32,000 bases of DNA from Pyrodictium abyssi (GTDB taxonomy: Archaea; Thermoproteota; Thermoprotei_A; Sulfolobales; Pyrodictiaceae), in assembly GCF_036323395.1 (NCBI RefSeq), contig NZ_AP028907.1, forward strand, positions 60,001 through 92,000, read 5' to 3'. Of the stretch, positions 17,408-27,416 are shown piece after piece. A program made the translations under genes and the position numbers. Every line of letters begins with the position of its first letter. Position 1 is the first letter of the stretch. Below the pieces are notes generated by a model. It was given only the letters and a program-made list of their open reading frames with translations. It did not search any database and was not told the origin of the DNA.

Positions 17408-19390
17408 TTGACCGAGGGCCATAGACCTATACCGGTTATGGTTGTTCTCCGTGGACGCGTCGCCGCGGCCCGTGTGCCGCGGGTTGGCTCGCGCTGGCTC
17501 GGCGGCCTCCTCGTGGAGCTGGAGACTGGTGCGCGGGTCCACCTCCTCATGCCCGGCGCTATCGCCCGGTGGCTGCAGAGGGGCGAGCGGGTAGAGGTCC
17601 GGTTCCTAGAGGAGCCGGAGAGCGTCGACGGGGTCTACGTGGCGCCGAGGGACTCCTACGAGCTCTGGAGGCTCTGGGGCGGCGAGGGCAGGGAGGAGAG
17701 GATCCAGGTCTGGCCCCCGTGGAGCCGGAGCGCTAGGCTCGAGCGGGAGAGCGTGCTCGGCGAGAAGGTCTACGAGTACCGCATAGTCGCCAGGGAGGCT
17801 GTCACAGAGGACGACTTCCGGGAGATAGTCGGGCTAGAGCAGTACCACTACGCTAGCCGGGAGGAGATAGTGGCTATATGGAGGTGCCCCGTCTGCGGCG
17901 GCTACGCCGAGGCAAACGTCCAGCCGTCGTGCCCCCGCTGCAACGTGCCCATGAAGCTCCAGGAGATACGCGGGAGCCTCCCCTCCAGCAGGTTCATGGT
18001 GCTCGAACTCGTCTCCAGGGAGCCCTACGAGCCCCGGATAGTAGCGTACGTGAGGGTTGACACGCCTATACCCTTGATGCACCGCCGTATAGTCCGGGAG
18101 GACGGGAGCATAGAGATAGAGCGGATGATAAGGGAGCGGGTGTTCCCTAAGGACTGGTTCCACCCAACGTTCTGGCCCCTGGCCTATACGCGGCGGGCTG
18201 AGCTGCGGAAGCGCTTCCAGGAGCTAGCCGGGCTCTACGGCTCTCGCCGCATAGCCCGCGCCGCCGTAGGCGAGGAGATAGCGGAGGAGGCCCTCCGCCG
18301 CGCTAATACTGCTGCCGCGCGTATAGCCCGTGTCGTGGTGCACCCTGACTACCGCGGGGACGGTATCGGCGTCCTCGCCGTCAGGATGGCGCTGGAGTGG
18401 ATACGGGAGCGCCGTATCCCCGAGATGAAGAGGAGGAAACACGTAGTCGAGACAATAGCCCAGATGGCTAGGTTCAACCCGTTCTTCGAGAAGGCCGGGT
18501 TCCGCTACATGTGGGACACTGCTAGCGGCCGGCCCGTGCTCATGTACCCGCTCACCGAGGAGGCCCGGAGGAGGATAGAGGAGTTCCTCGAGAAGGACCC
18601 CTACGCCCGGCGCCACGGCGGCAGGCTCTTCCGGCCGCGCTATGGCGGCGTAGAGCCGCTCGCTGGGCCAGTGAGGCTCGTAGACGTTACGAAGATCTAC
18701 CGTAGCGAGCTAGACGTCTCCCGTCTCCCGCCGGAGCTACAGGACGTGTTACGCGCCTTCGGCGCCGAGAGGAGGCGGGTAGAGCGCTATGTGCTACGCG
18801 GCACGAGCCTCGAGATACGCCCTGGCGAGGTAGTGGCTGTCGTCGGCGCCAGCGGTGCCGGTAAGACAACACTACTACGCATGATCATAGGCGCCGCGCT
18901 GGGCACGGGTGACGAGAGGTACCGGCCGAGCCAGGGCAGGGTCGAGGTACCGGGCAACGTGAGGCTAGCGGCTCTGCTGCCCGGCGAGATGGAGCCGGTG
19001 TTCCGGGACGAGACGCTGCTGGAGCACGTGGCCCGGAAGATGGACGACCCCGCCGCAGCCGTGGAGATACTCAACGCGGTTGGGCTGAGCGACGCCATAT
19101 TCTACCGTGCCCGGTTCGACGAGCTGTCAACCGGCCAGAAGGAGCGCGCCCGGCTGGCCAGCTTGCTCGCGGAGAGGCCCAACCTGCTGGTGATAGACGA
19201 GTTCACCGCGCACCTAGACCGGTTGACCGCGCAGAGGGTTGCCCGGAAGCTGGGCAGCCTAGCGCGCCGCGCGGGCATAACCCTAGTGGTCTCCACTAAC
19301 CGGCCAGAGGTGCTCCAGGCGCTAGCGCCGGATAAGGTGGTGCTAGTGGGCTACGGCACGGCCGTGGTCGCCGAGGAGCGGGCCCGGTAG
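17408..19390 (+). CDS. Multidomain protein: N-terminal domain, zinc ribbon, GNAT acetyltransferase-like domain, C-terminal ABC ATPase (COG2401-like)
   Basis: CPVCGGYAEANVQPSCPRC; ARVVVHPDYRGDGIGVLAVRMALEWIRER; VVGASGAGKTTLLRMIIG; LSTGQKERARLASLLAERPNLLVIDEFTAHLD. The start may be slightly downstream (MVVLRGRV). Confidence 0.88.
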   Translation: MTEGHRPIPVMVVLRGRVAAARVPRVGSRWLGGLLVELETGARVHLLMPGAIARWLQRGERVEVRFLEEPESVDGVYVAPRDSYELWRLWGGEGREERIQVWPPWSRSARLERESVLGEKVYEYRIVAREAVTEDDFREIVGLEQYHYASREEIVAIWRCPVCGGYAEANVQPSCPRCNVPMKLQEIRGSLPSSRFMVLELVSREPYEPRIVAYVRVDTPIPLMHRRIVREDGSIEIERMIRERVFPKDWFHPTFWPLAYTRRAELRKRFQELAGLYGSRRIARAAVGEEIAEEALRRANTAAARIARVVVHPDYRGDGIGVLAVRMALEWIRERRIPEMKRRKHVVETIAQMARFNPFFEKAGFRYMWDTASGRPVLMYPLTEEARRRIEEFLEKDPYARRHGGRLFRPRYGGVEPLAGPVRLVDVTKIYRSELDVSRLPPELQDVLRAFGAERRRVERYVLRGTSLEIRPGEVVAVVGASGAGKTTLLRMIIGAALGTGDERYRPSQGRVEVPGNVRLAALLPGEMEPVFRDETLLEHVARKMDDPAAAVEILNAVGLSDAIFYRARFDELSTGQKERARLASLLAERPNLLVIDEFTAHLDRLTAQRVARKLGSLARRAGITLVVSTNRPEVLQALAPDKVVLVGYGTAVVAEERAR

Positions 19391-19475
19391 AGCCTTCACC
19401 CCCTCCATCACGTCTGTACCCATCCTAACCTGGGGGCCTGTCCTGGCGGAGAAACGTGGCCCGAAGAGGCTTGTA

Positions 19476-20687
19476 GTGATAACCGGGGTCTCTGGGGTAG
19501 AGCTGGCCCCGCTGCTGAGGCTCGCGGAGGAGCTGGGAGCCGCCACCGCGAAGTACGAGGAGTTCGTAGAGGAGGAGTTCAAGGCACCGATCTATCACGT
19601 GGCCGAGCTCCTGCTGGTGGACTATCGGCGCACGGCTGAGCGCTTCGAGAAGGCCTTCAGGAGGATGCTGGACAGCCTCTCAGGCTCCGAGGCCGCCGTG
19701 GTGGCCGCGCACGCCGCTTACTACCGGCGCAGCAACATAGTAGCTAGTCCGCTCACCGGGTTCGTGCACAGGCTAGCAGCGAGAGGCGAGGCCTCGGTAG
19801 CCATAGTGGACTACGTGGACGACTACTACCATATACTCTATCGGCTCGCCGACCGCGTAGCCCGGGGCGAGACCCCGGAGGTGGCCGGGTTCCAGGTCCT
19901 AGACCCGGCGGGGCTCCTCTACTGGAGAAGCACCCACCACAGCATAGCACAGCTGGCTGCGATACACGGCGTGGAGTTCTACGTCTACGCCTCGAAGCAC
20001 AGTAGGGAGGGCCACCAGCGGCTCCTCGCGATGCTCCTAGGCATGGAGCCGGATGGCGGCGGCAGCTTCCACACAGTCTACGTCTCCCACCCCATAACCA
20101 GGGTGCGGGCCCGGGCGCTCCAGGAGGGCGCGGCGCTGGACCGGTACCCCGACGCGCTCGAGATAGAGGAGTTCAAGAAGACGCTCGAGGAGAGCTGCCC
20201 CAGCCTCGTGGTCTTCTCGCCCACTACGGTGGACGAGCTGATCACGGACCCGGCTACGGGGAGGCTGAAGACCCGGATAGAGCGGAGCGAGCGCTGGCCA
20301 CACGGCGAGAACGGGCTCCACGAGTACCCCTACCCCGTAGACCTCCGGGACCGGCTATTCGACCTCCACCTATACCCTGTCGAGGATACCACCGGCAACC
20401 CGGGCTACATGAGCTACCTCCAGTCGCAGATCGAGGCCAGCATAGAGAGGAGAGACCTAGGCTACGTAGCCCAGGCAGACATGATAGTAGCCTACCGGCC
20501 AACCATGTACGGCGAGACGCACATGGGCGTAGAGACAGAGATAAAGACAGCCGTGGCCATGGCGAAGCCCGTGTACAGCGTAGTACCGAGGGAGGAGAGG
20601 AGCATAGCCTACCGGCTCTTCAGGTTCGAGTACCCCCTCAGCAGCATAGACGAGCTGCTAAGCGTGCTCCGCTGCCCCCGCCGCTAG
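19476..20687 (+). CDS. Conserved-looking hypothetical protein; C-terminal part weakly resembles nucleoside 2-deoxyribosyltransferase-like folds
   Basis: 403-aa ORF, 85 bp after the GNAT-ABC gene. Motifs: VAIVDYVDDYYHILYRLADRVA; YVAQADMIVAYRPTMYGETHMGVETEIKTAVAMAKPVYSVVP. Confidence 0.65.
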   Translation: MITGVSGVELAPLLRLAEELGAATAKYEEFVEEEFKAPIYHVAELLLVDYRRTAERFEKAFRRMLDSLSGSEAAVVAAHAAYYRRSNIVASPLTGFVHRLAARGEASVAIVDYVDDYYHILYRLADRVARGETPEVAGFQVLDPAGLLYWRSTHHSIAQLAAIHGVEFYVYASKHSREGHQRLLAMLLGMEPDGGGSFHTVYVSHPITRVRARALQEGAALDRYPDALEIEEFKKTLEESCPSLVVFSPTTVDELITDPATGRLKTRIERSERWPHGENGLHEYPYPVDLRDRLFDLHLYPVEDTTGNPGYMSYLQSQIEASIERRDLGYVAQADMIVAYRPTMYGETHMGVETEIKTAVAMAKPVYSVVPREERSIAYRLFRFEYPLSSIDELLSVLRCPRR

Positions 20688-20933
20688 CCGGGAACAGCAC
20701 CGAAGAGAGCATTGAAGAGGACCCGCTACAGCTCCATAGTGCACTACAGCCGGGAGGAGAAGGCGGACACGGGGGTAGGGGGCCCGCAGCAGAAGCTAGC
20801 TAGAAGCCCCGGAGAACGCCCAGAGCCATCATACACCGAGCTCGCACCCGGCAGCCGTATTACCGACAGCCACAGGGTAGTGGGTAGTGTGCCACGTGAT
20901 AGCGGCCTAGACAATCCGGTTAGGGGCCGGGCA

Positions 20934-21287
20934 ATGCCGCAGATGAAGGCTTGCCTGGTCTGCCACGTGCCCTTCTACGCCGCGTTCGCCCTATTCGTGT
21001 ACATCGGCGCCAGTCATGCCCTAGAAGGGCAAGCCCAGCTAGCCGCTTTCTACCTCGCGAGCCTCTTCGCTACACTGGGGTCCGGGTACGCCTGCTGTAG
21101 ACGCTTCGGCGCAGACCGCCTTCCGCCAGCCGCTAGCGTGCTACGGGCCGTGTGGCCTGCGATCGCCGCACCCATAATACCCATCGGGGCAGCCATGTTG
21201 TGCTCTAAACAACTCGGGCCGGAACCAGCACTATGCCGTCTCCGACCCAAACTCGTTCTTCTACGCCGCGCTGCTAGTATACGCTAA
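20934..21287 (+). CDS. Putative small membrane protein
   Basis: MPQMKACLVCHVPFYAAFALFVYIGASHALEG... with several hydrophobic segments. It is the C-terminal part of the 20712-21287 ORF; the upstream part looks non-coding. Confidence 0.35.
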   Translation: MPQMKACLVCHVPFYAAFALFVYIGASHALEGQAQLAAFYLASLFATLGSGYACCRRFGADRLPPAASVLRAVWPAIAAPIIPIGAAMLCSKQLGPEPALCRLRPKLVLLRRAASIR

Positions 21288-21406
21288 CGGAAAACTCCTC
21301 TACCGGATGTGCCCGGTCTGCACGAACCAAGCCATGCACAAGCATCAACCGTAGCACTTGAGGGTCCTCATTAGCGCTGTGCAGCAGGAGCTAGCCACTG
21401 CAGCGG

Positions 21407-21980
21407 CTAGAGCTGCTCCCGGAGCCTGGCTAGTGCCTCCTCGTGCTCCCGGGCCCACTTTCCTTCACGCTCTAGTCTGGGCTTAACCCTCTCCTCGATA
21501 ATCCCCACTAGTATCCTGGCTAAGCGCAGTATATCGCCCGCTGCTTCCTCGCGGCCCCGGTACTTCGATAGCTCGGCGTCGGGGTCCGGGCCGTGGTACT
21601 GGCAGTCGTGGAGATCGAGCGCGGTGCTTGTGAAGTGAGTGTAGTAGGTGTACCCGGAGTCCTCAACGAGGCTGCTAATAGCCTTCAGCCTGCTACTAGG
21701 CACTCGGGGTACTGCCTTCTCCGTGAACCATTTCCTCTGTTCCCCGCTGAGCCTCCCGAGTATCTTGTCCCTCTCTAGGGCAAGTATCGCAGCTGTTAGT
21801 GCCCTCCATGCCTGGTAACGCCTTCCCTGCAGCATTCCTCGTTAACCCTTCCTCGAGAAACCTTAGCGCCAGTAGGGCCTCGAGCGGTGCCTCAAGGATG
21901 CGGGCGGCAGCATAGCCTACGGGGTCTTTCCTCGGCTTTGGCAGCGGCCGGTCGACAGCTACAGTCTCCCTCGCCCACAA
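21407..21980 (-). pseudogene. PaREP1-family gene with an apparent single-base frameshift
   Basis: Frame 1 (from 21980): RPLPKPRKDPVGYAAARILEAPLEALLALRFLEEGLTRNAAGKA. Frame 2: YQAWRALTAAILALERDKILGRLSGEQRKWFTEKAVPRVPSSRLKA...LHDCQYHGPDPDAELSKYRGREEAAGDILRLA. They join cleanly at 21816-21819 relative to the 7449 paralog. Confidence 0.75.
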
Positions 21981-22176
21981 GCCTTTACCCGTGCACAGAG
22001 TTATAGCTGCTCATGCATCGCCGGGCTTCATTGCCATTCCATAACGGTGTAAGTGTACGCACGGAAGTATTCCACGCAGTTATGCCAGCTCTGCCACGGC
22101 TGGCAACCACGCCTACAAGGCTCGCAGTACTCTAGTAGTCCTAAGGAGCTGCGCTGTCGGCAAAGCACCAATGGGG

Positions 22177-23592
22177 CTACTCTCGGCGCCTATCGTCCCG
22201 CCGGCCCGTCGGGGCCACACTCTGGGGCTGCGCTGGGACCGCTGCCGGGGGCTGCTGCGGCTGCCCTGTCGCCGGAGCCGGCGCTGGCCATGCCTGAACC
22301 GGCGGCTGGACTGGGACCGGGGGCTGGCCCTGGTAGGGCGGCTGAGGCGCCGCGTACGGGTATGGAGCGGGCTGCCACTGCTGCGGCTGCTGCACCGGGG
22401 CCGCGTAGTAGGCCTGGTACGGCTGCTGGGCCAGCGGCTGGACAGGGGGCTGCGGGTGTAGCGGCTGCTGGCCTGCCTGGTAGGCTGGCTGCTGGACAGG
22501 CTGGATGCCCGCCCCGGGTTGCTGACCCGGGGCCTGCTGTGGCCAGGCCTGGTAGCCGAGCCACTGCACCTGGCTGGGCTGCTGGACCGCTGGCGCCGGC
22601 GGCTGCACGGGGGGCTGCTGTGGCTGGGGCGGGGTGTAGGCCGGCGGCGCTGGTGGCTGCTCCTGCCGTGTCGTGGGCGGCTGTGCTGCGAAGGCGCGCT
22701 GGTAGGCTGCGCGTATGTCCTCGTCTAGTAGGTGGAGGTAGATCTGCGTCACCTTGATGTCGTGGTGGCCGAGGAGCCTCTGCACCACGGGGAGCGGGAC
22801 GCCGCGGCGGAGCGCCTCTGTGGCGAACGTGTGGCGGAGCACGTGGGGCCGGACACGGCGCGGGTCCAGGCCAGCACGGCGGGCCAGGGTCTTGAGCCTC
22901 TTGTAGAGCCCGCTGTAGCTTATACCGAGCAGGGAGTCGTCTGGGCCGAGCCCCGGGTTGACGGCCAGCCATATCGCCAGCGCCTGCTCGGTCAAGGGCC
23001 CGTAGAGGACTACCCGCTCCTCGCCGTACTTGGCGTTCCTTACGCGTATCTCGCGCCGCCTAGTGTCTATGTCGCGTAGCCGTAGCCCTACCGCCTCCTG
23101 GGCGCGGAGCCCCGTCTCGAAGAGCAGCGCGACTATCAGCAGGTCTAGGGGGTCGCGCGCAGCCGATACCAGCCGCTCGACCTCCTCAGGCCTTAGGGCC
23201 TCGACCCGCGGGCTCCGGGGCTTACGCACCACCGGGACCTTCACGCCTAGGCCGAGCCACTCTAGGAACCCGCGGAGGAACAGCGTGTAGTAGTGCATCG
23301 TGGTCTGCCGCTCCCTCCTCTCCTCCGCGGGGTCGCTGTCACGGCTCCGGGGCCTCTGGAGCCCGCGGGTCAGCCGGTCGTATATCCAGGCGGAGACGTC
23401 GCTGCTCGTTACCTCGCGGAGCGGCTTGCCCCCTATGAACGAGAGGAAGTCGCTTATCGCCGCCCGGTACGCCTTCACGGTCTTAGGGCTAGCGCCAGCA
23501 GCGGCCAGCGCCGCAAGGAACGCCTCCATAGCCTCCCTGTTGCCCCGCTCCAGGATCCCCGGCGGTGGCGGCGGCAGGTCGAACCGCGTCAC
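22177..23592 (-). CDS. xerA: Tyrosine recombinase (XerA-like) with a long Pro/Gln/aromatic-rich C-terminal extension
   Basis: N-terminal SAM-like domain, then catalytic motifs ETGLRAQE, AKYGEER, HVLRHTFATEAL, LLGHHDIKVTQIYLHL, then about 160 aa of low-complexity PQQPPVQPP...PYQAYYAAPVQQPQQWQP. Confidence 0.88.
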   Translation of the reverse strand: MTRFDLPPPPPGILERGNREAMEAFLAALAAAGASPKTVKAYRAAISDFLSFIGGKPLREVTSSDVSAWIYDRLTRGLQRPRSRDSDPAEERRERQTTMHYYTLFLRGFLEWLGLGVKVPVVRKPRSPRVEALRPEEVERLVSAARDPLDLLIVALLFETGLRAQEAVGLRLRDIDTRRREIRVRNAKYGEERVVLYGPLTEQALAIWLAVNPGLGPDDSLLGISYSGLYKRLKTLARRAGLDPRRVRPHVLRHTFATEALRRGVPLPVVQRLLGHHDIKVTQIYLHLLDEDIRAAYQRAFAAQPPTTRQEQPPAPPAYTPPQPQQPPVQPPAPAVQQPSQVQWLGYQAWPQQAPGQQPGAGIQPVQQPAYQAGQQPLHPQPPVQPLAQQPYQAYYAAPVQQPQQWQPAPYPYAAPQPPYQGQPPVPVQPPVQAWPAPAPATGQPQQPPAAVPAQPQSVAPTGRRDDRRRE

Positions 23593-23610
23593 CGTAGAAC
23601 CCCTTAGACA

Positions 23611-24132
23611 CTATATGGCGCCGTGGGAGGGGCCGGGGCCTCGCCCCAATAGATACCCCGGTATCACCCCGTCAGTAGGCATGCAGACAGCCCCGAGGGT
23701 TGCCCCCCCCTTAGCGCGCCCGCTGCGGCCCCTTGGTCTGCACCTGTCGCTCCCCGCAAGCCCCACTGCGCGGGGCAGGTAGAAGTATAGAAGCGGGATG
23801 GAGGCCACAAGCTTAGCCCACGAGCCCTCCCCCGACAGGAACTGGTAGAGCCACAGGGCGCCCACGGCGGCGAACAGTACGCTGAGGATGCATCCGAGGA
23901 GCCCTTGTCTACCGCTAGCAACAAGCCAGGCCCCTATAGCAGCACCCAGAGCGACCCCGAGTAGACCGGCCGGGTGCAAGGAGCCCAGCCCCATACATAC
24001 ATTATACGAAAGTATATTTATATTATCGTGTCTCATCGCATCCAAGGCGTGGAGGCCAAAGACAGCCTCATGACGGCACGAGGCGCGGGGCCACCCAAGG
24101 CTGTCTGGGGGCCGCGGTCTACCCTCGTCCAC
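23611..24132 (-). CDS. Putative small membrane protein; start probably downstream
   Basis: Hydrophobic stretch LHPAGLLGVALGAAIGAWLVASGRQGLLGCILSVLFAAVGALWLYQF within the 173-aa ORF. Lies upstream of the recombinase gene. Confidence 0.4.
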   Translation of the reverse strand: MDEGRPRPPDSLGWPRASCRHEAVFGLHALDAMRHDNINILSYNVCMGLGSLHPAGLLGVALGAAIGAWLVASGRQGLLGCILSVLFAAVGALWLYQFLSGEGSWAKLVASIPLLYFYLPRAVGLAGSDRCRPRGRSGRAKGGATLGAVCMPTDGVIPGYLLGRGPGPSHGAI

Positions 24133-24532
24133 GGTCCTGCTGCCTCTCCTTCTCGCTTCTCTTTTCCTCGTGGCGGTTTCGCGCTATCATGTCGAGGCTC
24201 ATCACGAGGTATAGTAGCTTGATGAGGAGGGCTTCCTCGTCTACTTCGCCGCTGAGGCTCTTGCCTAGCTCCCAGAGCAGCAGCCCCCGTACCGACCGTT
24301 GTGAAGAACACGCCTAGTATCATTGTAGCAGCGCAGGGTGCAAGCCGCTAGCCCCCGCTCATGCTTATCCCCTGGCTGGTTCCTTCCCGGGGCTGTATAC
24401 TGTCCTAGGAGATATGTGTAGCGTTTCTTTGTAGCCTTGGCTGTGGGCTCGGTGTTCCACCAGTAACACGCCTAGTTGTGCCGCTTCATCTCTTAGGTTG
24501 TGCTAGCAATGGTATACTGTATATTCTAAGAT

Positions 24533-24543
24533 GTTAAATATGG
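24533..24543 (+). promoter_or_regulatory. Candidate TATA box for acetate-CoA ligase gene
   Basis: gttaaatatgg in a locally AT-rich stretch, about 60 bp upstream of the GTG at 24601. Confidence 0.4.
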
Positions 24544-24600
24544 CGTTATTCTTTTAATGAGTCGGGTTGACAGACGGTAGGCGAGCGGTTCTCTCGGCAG

Positions 24601-26619
<2,019 letters not shown>

Positions 26620-26703
26620 ACCCGACCCAGCCCTTGTTTTTACACGCTCACACATTGGCAGCACTCATTACCTCCTTCTACTCCATATAAACCTCTAAGG
26701 TAG

Positions 26704-27416
26704 ACGCTAGCCTCTATAACCGGTGTAAGATCACTCCTCTTCGTAACTGGCCCGAGCGGCATAGGGAAGACCACCCTAGCCCGCGCTCTAGGAAATTATA
26801 AGGATACAAATCTAATCTATATACCATTCTACGAGTCGCCCGAGAATCTCCGAGAAGCCGTGGAAGTCATTCTCGAAGGGTTGAGGAGAAGCCGCTACCA
26901 GGAGTTCATCGATCTAGCAAAGAAGCTTGCGCACGCAGCAGTCGCACGTGTAGCCGGTAAAGACGTACTGGAGGCTATTTCTGATAGTGACGAGAACCGC
27001 CAGAAAGTATACATGCTTTTCAACGAGATCGCAGAGCATGCAGATAAGTCAAAGAGACTAACCATTGTAGTCTTGGACGAGGCTCAAAACCTTCTTCGTA
27101 GATTAAGAGGTTTCGGGGAAGAGTGGGGTTATACAGTGTGGAGCTTCGTTAAAGGACTCTCTTCCATACAAGAGCAGAGCGTCTATACAAGGTTTGTCAT
27201 AGTTACTAGTGATTACTTCTTCCACGAATGATGTGTTCTTGAACGCCCCTAGCCTCGACTACATTGATACATTATTGATACATTCTATCTGGGAGAGCTG
27301 GTCCGCGGCGATGCTGAGGCTCTTTACCACTATGCAAGCAATGAGAAGGAACCTGGGCTCTGTCCCCCCGCCATGCTAGGCTCGGGGCTCTATTACTACG
27401 GCTTCGTACTCGTCTA
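26704..27416 (+). pseudogene. Degraded archaeal ATPase family gene
   Basis: SLLFVTGPSGIGKTTLARAL precedes any in-frame ATG/GTG/TTG. LTIVVLDEAQNLLRRLRG is the Walker B region. The frame is broken at 27229 and again by an 11-bp tandem duplication at 27263-27284, after which FYLGELVRGDAEALYHYASNE resumes. Confidence 0.8.
27263..27284 (+). repeat. Perfect tandem duplication of 11 bp
   Basis: attgatacatt (27263-27273) immediately followed by attgatacatt (27274-27284). Confidence 0.95.

Noticed and set aside
22053-22757. 234-aa plus-strand ORF rich in Pro/Ala/Gly/Arg
   Set aside because: It is the antisense reading of the XerA low-complexity tail. GC-rich codons leave the opposite strand open; no domain-like features.
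24205-24250. Possible C/D box-like sRNA (tgatgag ... ctgag)
   Set aside because: Only one imperfect C box and one D box are visible, without C'/D' boxes or terminal stem; likely chance.
24033-24323. 96-aa minus-strand ORF, and an alternative frame reading LLLWELGKSLSGEVDEEALLIKLLYLVMSLDMIARNRHEEKRSEKE
   Set aside because: The alternative frame looks mildly protein-like but has no ATG/GTG/TTG start after its upstream stop before the core; not enough support to call a gene.
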